A DNA stretch of 32,000 nt from Candidatus Saccharimonadota bacterium (GCA_049296095.1 JBAQRV010000001.1:1-32000), one strand, 5' to 3'. Shown: positions 21,120 through 29,355, counted from the stretch's first letter. Numbers and translations are program-made. Notes: generated by a model from the letters alone, not told the origin.

Positions 21120-21196
21120 GGGTGATTAGCTCAGCTGGCTAGAGCATCTCGTTTACACCGAGAGGGTCGGGGGTTCGAATCCCTCATCACCCACCA
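21120..21196 (+). tRNA. tRNA-Val (anticodon TAC), CCA encoded
   Basis: Hand-folded cloverleaf. Acceptor GGGTGAT/ATCACCC, anticodon stem tctcg/cgaga with loop ttTACac, T-arm ggggg-ttcgaat-ccctc, then discriminator A plus CCA. Confidence 0.9.
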
Positions 21197-21204
21197 TACA
21201 GATA

Positions 21205-21227
21205 GTCCGTCGTTTGACGGGCTTTTT
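21205..21227 (+). terminator. tRNA-Val terminator
   Basis: Stem gtccgtc/gacgggc (one G-U pair), loop gttt, then T5. Confidence 0.6.
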
Positions 21228-21228
21228 G
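21216..21228 (+). repeat. Direct repeat copy 1 (gacgggctttttg), the 3' half of the tRNA-Val terminator
   Basis: Exact 13-mer found again at 21865-21877. Confidence 0.85.
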
Positions 21229-21310
21229 TATGGCTTATGCTTGCAAAATAGATACTATTTTGACATAAATAACGTCAGTCACCACACACGACAGAGAGAA
21301 GGTGAAGTAC

Positions 21311-21799
21311 ATGAGATCTGCTGTGATCGAAGGTCTGAGTGACTTTCAGATGAAGTGTCAGCTGGAGTTGCAGGAGGAGGTGGAGCGCGAACTGGTGGGC
21401 CTGCACCAGGGGGTCGAGTTCAACTTCAAGAGGGATCTCTGGGACGAGACACGCGGACTGCTCCGTGTGGTCGAGTTCGACGATGTCTCCAACCCCAACC
21501 CCAAGAGGGTCGACCAGGTCATCTGTGATTACCAGGTAGGACTCTTGGACATGCTTGAGCAGATGACTGCTCTGAGCAAGAGCCCATTGTCCCTCGAGAC
21601 ACGCATATTCGTGCGGGTTCACAGTGACATCACTTCGGCGAAGCTGGGAATGGTCAGGCGCGGTATCAAGCACATGATGACGATGCGCGTCCAGCTGCGC
21701 AACAAGTGGCCTGCGATGTTCGAGCCGCCGGTGACGAGCAGCGTTTCCCTGGGATCGCTGGTCGAGCCCGACGAAGTCCACTACGACATCCCCGCCTAG
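21311..21799 (+). CDS. Hypothetical protein encoded on the GC-rich cassette (162 aa)
   Basis: The SD aaggtga ends 5 nt upstream of ATG 21311. There is a strong G/C third-position bias in this frame, and a hairpin plus T5 lies downstream on the same strand. No family recognised. Confidence 0.55.
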   Translation: MRSAVIEGLSDFQMKCQLELQEEVERELVGLHQGVEFNFKRDLWDETRGLLRVVEFDDVSNPNPKRVDQVICDYQVGLLDMLEQMTALSKSPLSLETRIFVRVHSDITSAKLGMVRRGIKHMMTMRVQLRNKWPAMFEPPVTSSVSLGSLVEPDEVHYDIPA

Positions 21800-21804
21800 C
21801 ACAA

Positions 21805-21876
21805 GCCCGCGTCCAGAGGGCGGAGTGTTCCAGTAGAAGTTTACTGTGAGCCTCCGCCCCTGACGACGGGCTTTTT
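21805..21876 (+). terminator. Long imperfect hairpin plus T5 (terminator of the cassette ORF)
   Basis: Left arm 21805-21825 pairs with right arm 21852-21871, giving about 19 bp with 3 single-nt bulges and a 26-nt loop, then ttttt. The outer right arm is direct-repeat copy 2. Confidence 0.6.
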
Positions 21877-21877
21877 G
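21865..21877 (+). repeat. Direct repeat copy 2 (gacgggctttttg)
   Basis: Exact match to 21216-21228. Confidence 0.85.
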
Positions 21878-21922
21878 AATTTAGTTAAGAGGGAATTAAT
21901 AACTTGAGTAGATATTAGATGG

Positions 21923-22609
21923 GTGAGATATAAACAGAGAAGAATCTACGAGTGGTCCAATGAAATTGCCTATACAGTGGGGTTGATGGCGAGTGATGGG
22001 TGTTTGTCTAACGATGGGCGACATCTTACTTTAGTGTCTACTGATATTGAACAACTTGAAAATTTTAATAAAGCTATTGGACGGACTATCGCTATAAAGT
22101 TACATCACGGTGGTAAGTTATCGTTACATCGTAAGCAAGGCTACCGTGTGCAATTTAGCGACATAGCTTACTACCAATTTCTTTTGTCAATTGGGTTAAC
22201 GCCGAAAAAAAGTAGGATTATTCCTGCATTGAATATCCCCAATGAGTATTATGGCCATTTTCTCCGCGGACTTTTTGACGGGGACGGTACGACTTATGCC
22301 TACAACGACCCACGTTGGCCAACGAGCTATCTATATTATGTCGGATTCGCAAGCGCGAGTCCTATCTTTCTCGACTATCTTGCTAAGATGAATATGAAGC
22401 TATTTGGCACTGGAGCGGGTGCGGTACGGAAACACAAGGGTGCATCTTCACTCTATTACGCAAAGAAGGATGGATATAAAGTTTATAGAGGTATGTATAG
22501 TGAGTCGGGCGACCTATGGTTGTCACGGAAGCGTCATAAACTAGAAGCCTTTATTCTCATCGCTAACAGTGGTATAATACTAAATAATGCGCGCGTGGTG
22601 GAATGGTAG
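21923..22609 (+). CDS. Free-standing double-motif LAGLIDADG homing endonuclease
   Basis: Two LAGLIDADG motifs, YTVGLMASDGCL and FLRGLFDGDGTT, in a 228-aa ORF with a GTG start. The last 21 nt, including the stop, lie inside tRNA-Leu. Confidence 0.85.
   Translation: MRYKQRRIYEWSNEIAYTVGLMASDGCLSNDGRHLTLVSTDIEQLENFNKAIGRTIAIKLHHGGKLSLHRKQGYRVQFSDIAYYQFLLSIGLTPKKSRIIPALNIPNEYYGHFLRGLFDGDGTTYAYNDPRWPTSYLYYVGFASASPIFLDYLAKMNMKLFGTGAGAVRKHKGASSLYYAKKDGYKVYRGMYSESGDLWLSRKRHKLEAFILIANSGIILNNARVVEW
22573..22578 (+). promoter_or_regulatory. -10 box (TATAAT) for tRNA-Leu, located inside the endonuclease ORF
   Basis: tataat lies 10 nt upstream of the tRNA-Leu 5' end. Confidence 0.4.
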
Positions 22610-22674
22610 ACACGCTTGTCTGAGGGGCAAGTGTCCGCAAGGACGTGGAGGTTCAAGTCCTCTCGCGCGCACCA
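22589..22674 (+). tRNA. tRNA-Leu (anticodon GAG), class II with long variable arm, CCA encoded
   Basis: Acceptor GCGCGCG/CGCGCGC, anticodon stem cttgt/gcaag with loop ctGAGgg, variable arm tgtccgcaaggacgt, T-arm ggagg-ttcaagt-cctct. Confidence 0.9.
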
Positions 22675-22741
22675 CGTTGAATTTATCACCCGTTTGTGCT
22701 ATAGTCACAGATAAGGAAGCCCTGTAATAGGGCATATTTTT

Positions 22742-24559
22742 ATGAAAGACCCAAAACAACTTCGCAACATCGCAATTATCGCTCACGTCGACCATGGAAA
22801 GACGACGCTTCTTGATGGGCTTTTAAAACAAAGTAATACTTTTCGTTCTAACCAGGCTGAAATGGAACAGTCTTTGATCATGGACAGTGGCGATCAAGAG
22901 CACGAACGTGGCATTACAATTACTGCCAAGCAAACAGCTGTTTACTACAATGATTACAAGATCAACATTATTGATACCCCTGGACACGCTGACTTCTCTG
23001 GTGAGGTTGAGCGAACCCTTAACATGGCAGATGGTGTTCTATTGATCGTTGATGCCCAAGAGGGTCCGATGCCTCAAACGAAGTTCGTTTTGTCAAAGGC
23101 GCTCGAGCTTGGGCTCAAGCCAGTCGTCGTTATTAACAAGATCGACAAGCCGTCTCGTCGTATCGCTGAAGTGGAAGACGAGGTTGCTGACCTATTTCTC
23201 GAACTTGCGGTTGATGATAGCCAGCTTCACTACCCGATTTACTACGCGATTGGTCGCGAAGGAAAAGCATGGGCTGAGTTGCCCGAGAACACCGATCTTC
23301 ATACTGATCTGACGCCAATCTTTGACGCGATTATTAATGACATTCCTGCGCCACAAGTAAAGGTAGACGAGCCATTCCAAATGCTTGTCACCTCACTTTA
23401 TTATGACTCGTTCCTCGGTAAGTACGCCATCGGCCGTATTTCTCGCGGAAAGATTACAAAATCATTACCGATTGTCCTCATCAAGCGCGATGGCTCACAG
23501 GTTTCGGCAAAAATCGACAAACTATTTTCATACCGTGGTTTGCAACGTGAGGAAATCACTGAAGCTGGTGCTGGTGATATCGTCGCCTTGACCGGTATTT
23601 CTGATGCGCATATCGGTGAAACGATTGCTGACAAGGAAAATCCAGAAGCGCTGCCAGTTATTGATATCGAAGCGCCGACAATTAGCATGTACCTTGGTCC
23701 AAACACCAGTCCTTTGAAGGGCAAAGAAGCCAAGTACAATACCAGTCGTCAGATTGGTGATCGCTTGAAGCAAGAAATTGAAACCAACGTCTCACTTCGT
23801 GTTCGCGAAGAGGGGATTGGCTTTGTGGTTTCAGGCCGTGGTGAGCTTCACTTGTCTGTCTTGATTGAGACATTGCGACGTGAAGACTTTGAATTTGAAG
23901 TTGGTCGTCCACAGGCCGTCACGATCGAAGAAGATGGTGAGATTAAAGAGCCAGTTGAAGAATTGCTGATTGAAGTAGCCCCTGAGTTCCTCGGCGCTGT
24001 CAGCCAAGAGCTCGGTGCTCGAAAAGCAGCTCCTATCAAGCAAGAGCAGACGAGTAGCGGCACCACTCGTTCAACTTATATCATCCCGACTCGAGCAATG
24101 ATTGGACTTCGCAACCTTCTTCTGACGGCGACAAAGGGGACGGTCATTATGAACTCGCTTCCTCACGGTTATCAACCACTTGGTGCCAAGCTCCAGCAAA
24201 TGCGTAATGGTGCCTTGGTCGCCTTTGAAGCGGGCACGACGACTGCCTATGCACTTGATGCTGCAGCGGCTCGTGGCGAGCTTTTCGTTGGCCCTGGTAC
24301 CATCGTCTATCAAGGTATGATTGTCGGACTCTACAACCGTGGCGGTGATCTAGATATTAACGTCTGTCGTGGCAAACAGCTGACCAATATGCGTAGCTCA
24401 TCGAGTGATGGCACGATTCAGCTGACGCCATTTACTGACCTGAGCCTTGAGCAGTGTATCGACTTTATTGAAGACGATGAACTTCTCGAAGTAACGCCAA
24501 AGTCACTTCGCCTCCGCAAGCGTTTTCTTGACCCGAACCAACGCAAGCGCAACAAGTAA
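22742..24559 (+). CDS. typA: Translational GTPase TypA/BipA
   Basis: 605 aa. Motifs G1 [14 protein letters not shown]3 DTPGHADF and G4 NKID, with a BipA-type C-terminal domain. Confidence 0.95.
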   Translation: MKDPKQLRNIAIIAHVDHGKTTLLDGLLKQSNTFRSNQAEMEQSLIMDSGDQEHERGITITAKQTAVYYNDYKINIIDTPGHADFSGEVERTLNMADGVLLIVDAQEGPMPQTKFVLSKALELGLKPVVVINKIDKPSRRIAEVEDEVADLFLELAVDDSQLHYPIYYAIGREGKAWAELPENTDLHTDLTPIFDAIINDIPAPQVKVDEPFQMLVTSLYYDSFLGKYAIGRISRGKITKSLPIVLIKRDGSQVSAKIDKLFSYRGLQREEITEAGAGDIVALTGISDAHIGETIADKENPEALPVIDIEAPTISMYLGPNTSPLKGKEAKYNTSRQIGDRLKQEIETNVSLRVREEGIGFVVSGRGELHLSVLIETLRREDFEFEVGRPQAVTIEEDGEIKEPVEELLIEVAPEFLGAVSQELGARKAAPIKQEQTSSGTTRSTYIIPTRAMIGLRNLLLTATKGTVIMNSLPHGYQPLGAKLQQMRNGALVAFEAGTTTAYALDAAAARGELFVGPGTIVYQGMIVGLYNRGGDLDINVCRGKQLTNMRSSSSDGTIQLTPFTDLSLEQCIDFIEDDELLEVTPKSLRLRKRFLDPNQRKRNK

Positions 24560-24564
24560 CCCTC

Positions 24565-24594
24565 TTGCTAACTCGTCTATCAGGCGACTATACT
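24565..24594 (+). promoter_or_regulatory. Promoter of the trehalase gene (TTGCTA - 18 nt - TATACT), leaderless-type
   Basis: ttgcta at 24565-24570 and tatact at 24589-24594. The ATG lies 9 nt downstream and there is no SD. Confidence 0.45.
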
Positions 24595-24603
24595 GTGGGA
24601 TAG

Positions 24604-26181
24604 ATGCCGAATAAAAAAATAAACAGCGATCGGCTCAAGACATCTCTCGTTGCAACGGCGGGCGTGTTACTCAGGAGTCGCAGAAGTCCAGATGAACTCC
24701 TAGGTGAGTTGTTTTCCGATGTCCAAAAACAACGCATTTATGATGATGGGAAAACATTTGTTGATCTGGTGCCGCGTCGGCGAGTGAAGGCGATTCAGGA
24801 CGAATATTCTCTCCTCAAAAATGATCCGCATTTTGACCTCCGCGAATTTGTCGGGCGGCACTTTTATGATCTTTCGACGACGGTCCACAAGAAGGACCCT
24901 TTCGTCTTAAATAAGAAACAATCGATCCACAAACATATTAGTCGATTATGGGAGTATCTCGAGCGACGCAATCGACTTGATCGAGGATCGCTCATTGCGT
25001 TGCCGCACAGCTATATCGTCCCTGGCGGTCGCTTTAACGAACAATTCTACTGGGACAGCTATTTTATTATGCTGGGGTTGGCCGCGGAAGGTAAGTGGGA
25101 GCGTGTTGAGGGTATGACAAAGAACTGTGCTTATATGATTCGAAAGTACGGCTATGTCCCGACGGCGAATCGGACCTATTTTTTGAGCCGCTCTCAACCT
25201 CCAGTGTTCGTATTAATGGTTCGGCTCCTTGCCGATCACAAAGGAAAAAAAGTACTGCGAGAATACCTACCCTACCTTGTCACCGAGTACCGTTTTTGGA
25301 TGAAGGGACGTAAGAAGCTGCTTGATACCAAGCACCTCGCCTATCGCCGAGTGGTGCAGATGCCAAACGGGACGTTATTGAATCGCTATTATGATAACAA
25401 AGCAACTGCTCGTCCTGAGTCGCTCCGTGAAGACACGGAAACAGCAGCAACCAGTCGCAAGCGCGCTCATGAGAAACTGTTTCTCCATTTGCGAGCAGCA
25501 GCAGAATCAGGCTGGGATTTTAGTTCGCGCTGGTTTGACGATCCCAAGGATATTCGGACTATTCATACGACTGATATTATCCCGATCGATCTCAATACTT
25601 TGTTGTATATGCTCGAACAGACCATTTCTGAGGCATATAGTTCATTCAGAAACCCATTTATGGTGCGTAAATTTAAGAAGTTGGCCAATAAGCGTCAACA
25701 AGCAATTGACGAATATCTATGGAGCGACACCGAACAGTTTTATATGGATTATAACTTTCATAAAAAAGCCTCAACCAAGGTGATTAGTTTAGCGGCTGTC
25801 TTTCCGTTATACGCAAAAATTGCTTCAAATGAACAAGCAGAAAGAGTGGCTCGTCACCTAGAGAAGCATTTCTTGAAAAAGGGCGGCCTGGTGACGACGG
25901 TGTATGAAACGGGTCAACAGTGGGATAGCCCGAATGGCTGGGCACCACTTCAATGGATGGCAATCGAAGGTCTTCGAAATTATGGGTATGATCAATTAGC
26001 AAAAATGATTGCAGACCGCTGGCTAGCTCTCAATGAACGAGTTTTTAAGAAGACGCATCGCTTAGTGGAAAAATACAATGTGGTTGATGGCGACGGTTTG
26101 GGAAGAGGCGGTGAATATACCTTGCAGGATGGGTTTGGTTGGACGAACGGTGTGTATATGGCGCTGCGTAAGAAAAAATAA
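24604..26181 (+). CDS. Alpha,alpha-trehalase (GH37)
   Basis: Contains both trehalase signature regions, PGGRFNEQFYWDSYF and QWDSPNGWAPLQ. 525 aa. Confidence 0.9.
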   Translation: MPNKKINSDRLKTSLVATAGVLLRSRRSPDELLGELFSDVQKQRIYDDGKTFVDLVPRRRVKAIQDEYSLLKNDPHFDLREFVGRHFYDLSTTVHKKDPFVLNKKQSIHKHISRLWEYLERRNRLDRGSLIALPHSYIVPGGRFNEQFYWDSYFIMLGLAAEGKWERVEGMTKNCAYMIRKYGYVPTANRTYFLSRSQPPVFVLMVRLLADHKGKKVLREYLPYLVTEYRFWMKGRKKLLDTKHLAYRRVVQMPNGTLLNRYYDNKATARPESLREDTETAATSRKRAHEKLFLHLRAAAESGWDFSSRWFDDPKDIRTIHTTDIIPIDLNTLLYMLEQTISEAYSSFRNPFMVRKFKKLANKRQQAIDEYLWSDTEQFYMDYNFHKKASTKVISLAAVFPLYAKIASNEQAERVARHLEKHFLKKGGLVTTVYETGQQWDSPNGWAPLQWMAIEGLRNYGYDQLAKMIADRWLALNERVFKKTHRLVEKYNVVDGDGLGRGGEYTLQDGFGWTNGVYMALRKKK

Positions 26182-26234
26182 ATAAGTCTTTGCTATACTA
26201 ATGTTAGATACCATCATGGACGGAGGAGTTTTGT

Positions 26235-26921
26235 GTGACTAACCCAGAAATTGTTGAAAGATTACAAGATCCTGTGTTTACACGCTTTGCTGAGGCAGAG
26301 CTCCCCGAATTGGTTCGTAATGAGAATGAATGGGGAACGGTCTCCTATCAGTTTGCGGATGGCAGTGAGGCGCTTAATTTATTTTTACTTCGCTCGAGAG
26401 TGATTGATTATGGACTTCCTGTGAGAGATGAGTCGCTTCATCCCGAGCTGTCCCCAGAAACATCAACAATTGCCAAACTCGATCATCAACTGGCGACTCA
26501 TATGATACCCAGGTCATTCCTATTTGAATCAAAAGTAAAATTCATTGATCAAGAAGCGATTCGAGCCAGTGAAGGTGTCGTGGCACTGAGTGAAGATTAT
26601 CATTATTTTGAAGCAGTTGTAGGACTCGACGATATAGTCGAAGATAAAGTAAAAGCTCACAAAGAATTCCGCACCAAGTCATTATTGAACGATTTAAATT
26701 ACTACTTTGCCAATCTGGGATATAAAGATGTATGGTTTAAGGTTCATCCGCTGATCGATGACTCAACAACACTCGCTGCCCAGCTGGTTGGTTTTACGCT
26801 TCATGGCGAGCGTGAGCGTACGGCAATTGAGCCGATTGTGATGGGCTTAGATGGTACCGTTGGTTTGTTGCCCGAGGATGTGTATGTTGATCCGTACCTC
26901 AGTGCACGAGTAAAGCATTAG
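26235..26921 (+). CDS. Acidic hypothetical protein (228 aa)
   Basis: GTG start with a GGAGGAG SD 6 nt upstream and an extended -10 (tgctatact) at 26191-26199. No recognisable motif. Confidence 0.6.
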   Translation: MTNPEIVERLQDPVFTRFAEAELPELVRNENEWGTVSYQFADGSEALNLFLLRSRVIDYGLPVRDESLHPELSPETSTIAKLDHQLATHMIPRSFLFESKVKFIDQEAIRASEGVVALSEDYHYFEAVVGLDDIVEDKVKAHKEFRTKSLLNDLNYYFANLGYKDVWFKVHPLIDDSTTLAAQLVGFTLHGERERTAIEPIVMGLDGTVGLLPEDVYVDPYLSARVKH

Positions 26922-28090
26922 AATATCTTCTCATCCTTCAAATCGTCGGGTAGAAAGCCCTTTTCGTGTTGAAAGTCTGCCTCCCATTTGTAATTCTTGC
27001 CGTAGCCGAGATCTTTCATGAGCTTGGTGGGAGCGTTGCGAAGGTGAAGTGGAACGGGTGAGTCGGGATATTGTTTGGCGAGGGCCTGCGCACGGCTCAT
27101 GGCATCAGTGGTTCGGCGTGACTTTTCACTCTTGGCGAGCGCTGCCGCGACGTGGAATAAAATGTAGCTCGATTCAGGCATACCAATGCGTTCGACGGCT
27201 TGAAATGCATTCAAGGCAAGTCCTAGTGCGCCGTTACCGGCCAGGCCGATATCTTCCGAAGCAAAAATGAGCATTCGGCGTGCAATGAATTTTGGATCTT
27301 CACCAGCATCAATCATACGGGCGAGGTAGTAGAGGGTCGCATCAACATTGCTGCCGCGCATGCTTTTGATGAAGGCGCTGATGACGTTATAGTGCATCTC
27401 GCCTTTTTTGTCATAGCCTGGAACACGTTTTTGAGCGGCAATCTTAATAGTCTCAATGGTTACCTTTTTATCCATGCCGAGTGCTAACTCTAAGTTGCCA
27501 AGCGCGACGCGAGCGTCACCGCCTGATAGTTCGGCGAGGTAATCGAGGGCATCTTTTGATACTCGGGAAGTCGCTTTAACCAATTTAAGGGCTCGCTGGG
27601 CGATGTCGATTATTTCATCTTTAGTTAAGGGTTCTAAAACCAGGACGCGACTTCGACTGAGGAGTGGGTTAATAACTTCAAAACTCGGGTTCTCGGTGGT
27701 GGCACCAATGAGCGTGATGAGGCCAGATTCAACGTGAGGCAGGAAGGCGTCTTGTTGGGCCTTATTGAAGCGGTGGATCTCATCGACAAACAGAATAGTG
27801 CGTAGTTGTAGGTTCCAGTTCTGGCGAGCATGCTCGACGACTTTCTCGACATCTTTTTTCCCGCTGGTGACGGCCGAGAGTTCGATGAACTCGGCGTTTA
27901 CCTCCTTGGTGATAATACGGGCCAGGGTTGTTTTACCACTGCCAGGAGGTCCCCATAAGATGAGGCTGACTGGTTCGCGGTTCTTGACGATTTGGCGTAA
28001 GATCTCGCCATCACCCAATAGATGGGTTTGCCCAATCACCTCATCCAATGTCTGCGGGCGCATACGCTCGGCTAGCGGTACTCTCTCCAT
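26918..28090 (-). CDS. rarA: Replication-associated recombination protein A (AAA+ ATPase)
   Basis: [21 protein letters not shown], Walker [12 protein letters not shown], Walker [12 protein letters not shown], and a MgsA C-terminal domain. The ORF-track start at 28186 runs through tRNA-Phe and is rejected. ATG 28099 is an alternative start. TATAAT (28103-28098) ends 7 nt before ATG 28090. Confidence 0.9.
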   Translation of the reverse strand: MERVPLAERMRPQTLDEVIGQTHLLGDGEILRQIVKNREPVSLILWGPPGSGKTTLARIITKEVNAEFIELSAVTSGKKDVEKVVEHARQNWNLQLRTILFVDEIHRFNKAQQDAFLPHVESGLITLIGATTENPSFEVINPLLSRSRVLVLEPLTKDEIIDIAQRALKLVKATSRVSKDALDYLAELSGGDARVALGNLELALGMDKKVTIETIKIAAQKRVPGYDKKGEMHYNVISAFIKSMRGSNVDATLYYLARMIDAGEDPKFIARRMLIFASEDIGLAGNGALGLALNAFQAVERIGMPESSYILFHVAAALAKSEKSRRTTDAMSRAQALAKQYPDSPVPLHLRNAPTKLMKDLGYGKNYKWEADFQHEKGFLPDDLKDEKIF

Positions 28091-28111
28091 ACTTACCATT
28101 ATACCTCTCAG

Positions 28112-28144
28112 ATCAAAATAAAACCGACCTGTCGGACAGGTCGG
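28112..28144 (-). terminator. tRNA-Phe terminator
   Basis: 8-bp stem ccgacctg/caggtcgg, 5-nt loop, followed on the - strand by ttttatttt. Confidence 0.65.
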
Positions 28145-28153
28145 AAATAATCT

Positions 28154-28229
28154 TGGTGGCTCCTCCCAGACTCGAACTGGGGACACGCGGCTCTTCAGGC
28201 CGCTGCTCTACCAGCTGAGCTAAAGAGCC
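28154..28229 (-). tRNA. tRNA-Phe (anticodon GAA), CCA encoded
   Basis: Reverse complement folds as acceptor GGCTCTT/AGGAGCC (one G-U pair), D-arm gctc-agctggta-gagc, anticodon stem gcggc/gccgc with loop ctGAAga, and T-arm cccag-ttcgagt-ctggg. Confidence 0.9.
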
Positions 28230-28249
28230 ACGTTTCTGGTACTCAGACT

Positions 28250-28278
28250 ATTGTACTGAAACAGGGGTGATTTTTCAA
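28250..28278 (-). promoter_or_regulatory. tRNA-Phe promoter (TTGAAA - 17 nt - TACAAT)
   Basis: On the - strand, ttgaaa at 28278-28273, a 17-nt spacer, and tacaat at 28255-28250. The tRNA 5' end lies 20 nt downstream. Confidence 0.5.
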
Positions 28279-28306
28279 GGTGGGCAATAAGGACTATACT
28301 AAGAAT

Positions 28307-28927
28307 ATGAAAAACATCGTCATTTTGGGTGCGGCAGGGCGAACAGGGTCTTTATTGGTGGATGCAGCGCTGGAGGCTGGCTATAAGGTGACTGCCTTTG
28401 TGCGAAAAGGTGAGCAGGTAGAGCCTAGGGATAACCTGGTGGTGATCGAGGGTGATGCTCGCAAGGCAGACGATCTTGAGTTCGCACTCGGTGGCCAGGA
28501 TGCGGTGATCTCGACACTCGGCTCAAATAAGCTGAAGGACGATCTGATTACCGAATCGACCAATGCATTAATCAAGGCAATGCATGCCAACAATGTGAAG
28601 CGGGTGATTATGATGTCGAGCTTTCTTGCGAGCGGACAGCTGAAGTTGAATCTGCTGTCGTGGGTGCTGGCAAAGATCTCGGCTGGGTTCGTGAGCGATA
28701 AACAAACGGGCGAGGAATTACTAAAGTCATCTGATTTAGACTGGACAATTGTCTATGCGACTCGCCTCGGTGATGGCCCAGCTACCGGTAAGGTTCGGAT
28801 AGTAACGGCTGATGAAACAGTCTCAGCCGTGAACGGGATAGATCGGGCTGATGTGGCAGCGTTTTTGATTGGTGAGGTTGATATTACTGAACATATGCGG
28901 CGAGCGGTGTTGATCACAACCCATTAG
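28307..28927 (+). CDS. NAD(P)H-binding SDR-type oxidoreductase (atypical SDR, flavin-reductase-like)
   Basis: MKNIVILGAAGRTGSLLV is a Rossmann GxxGxxG N-terminus. TATACT (28295-28300) ends 6 nt before ATG 28307. The ORF-track GTG at 28280 is probably an upstream extension. Confidence 0.8.
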   Translation: MKNIVILGAAGRTGSLLVDAALEAGYKVTAFVRKGEQVEPRDNLVVIEGDARKADDLEFALGGQDAVISTLGSNKLKDDLITESTNALIKAMHANNVKRVIMMSSFLASGQLKLNLLSWVLAKISAGFVSDKQTGEELLKSSDLDWTIVYATRLGDGPATGKVRIVTADETVSAVNGIDRADVAAFLIGEVDITEHMRRAVLITTH

Positions 28928-29265
28928 ATTGGAAGTAGTTTTTCTAGACGCGAGATTCGTTTGTCTCGCTTGGTATTGTCCTTGGCGATGGTATTGAGGA
29001 TCTCGTTTTGAGTGATCTCATTCTCGTCAAATCGGGCATCGATCGCATCAAATCGAGCATCGTGCTCGTCGAGGCGCTTCTCGATTGCCTCAAAGCGGAG
29101 ATCGATCTGATCGAACCGATGATAAACCTCAACCTTGAAGTCGTTAAGCGCATCACGCACCGACCCAACTTCCTTTGAGATGTGCTTGAATAGTCTGTCG
29201 AATTGGTCGTCGGTCATCATGTATCCATTTAAGCATGGGCTGGGAGGGTCAGTAAATACAGACAT
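28924..29265 (-). CDS. Small coiled-coil protein with five tandem heptads (x-R-F/L-D/E-x-I-D/E)
   Basis: 113-aa ORF containing HRFDQID LRFEAIE KRLDEHD ARFDAID ARFDENE. Start is uncertain (ATG 29265, 29220 or 29217). No family recognised. Confidence 0.55.
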   Translation of the reverse strand: MSVFTDPPSPCLNGYMMTDDQFDRLFKHISKEVGSVRDALNDFKVEVYHRFDQIDLRFEAIEKRLDEHDARFDAIDARFDENEITQNEILNTIAKDNTKRDKRISRLEKLLPI

Positions 29266-29349
29266 GATTTTCGTTAATACTCTGTTAAGAATTCATTATG
29301 AAGGTCGGTGAGTTCTGCTCAATTGCTTGAAATAACAGAGGCTATCCTC

Positions 29350-29355
29350 TATAAT
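29350..29355 (+). promoter_or_regulatory. -10 box (TATAAT) for tRNA-Gly
   Basis: tataat lies 12 nt upstream of the tRNA 5' end. Confidence 0.4.

Larger units (their letters stand above)
21229..21877 (+). mobile_element. Compositionally foreign insertion cassette (one ORF plus its own hairpin) bounded by the 13-bp direct repeats
   Basis: Hand counts give 40/60 G+C at 21361-21420 against 22/60 at 21901-21960. Codons are GC3-rich and long ORFs are open on both strands. No recombinase is visible. Confidence 0.4.

Noticed and set aside
21275-21802. 175-aa ORF on the - strand covering the whole GC-rich cassette
   Set aside because: It is the antisense partner of a GC3-rich gene. The product is His/Leu/Asp/Val-rich and low-complexity in character. 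It has no SD and no terminator on that strand, whereas the + frame has an SD, third-position bias and a downstream terminator.
21120-22674. Idea that the LAGLIDADG gene marks a group I intron in a tRNA
   Set aside because: Both tRNA-Val and tRNA-Leu fold as complete, uninterrupted cloverleaves. No split exon or P-helix core is evident.
22697-22741. Hairpin (gccct-gtaat-agggc, 22719-22733) between an AAGGA motif and the typA ATG; possible split RBS or attenuator
   Set aside because: It is only a 5-bp stem. It could equally be a weak tRNA-Leu terminator remnant and cannot be supported without folding energetics or conservation.
22580-22795. 71-aa - strand ORF across tRNA-Leu and the typA start
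   Set aside because: It overlaps a well-folded tRNA and the typA promoter and 5' end, making it an antisense artefact.
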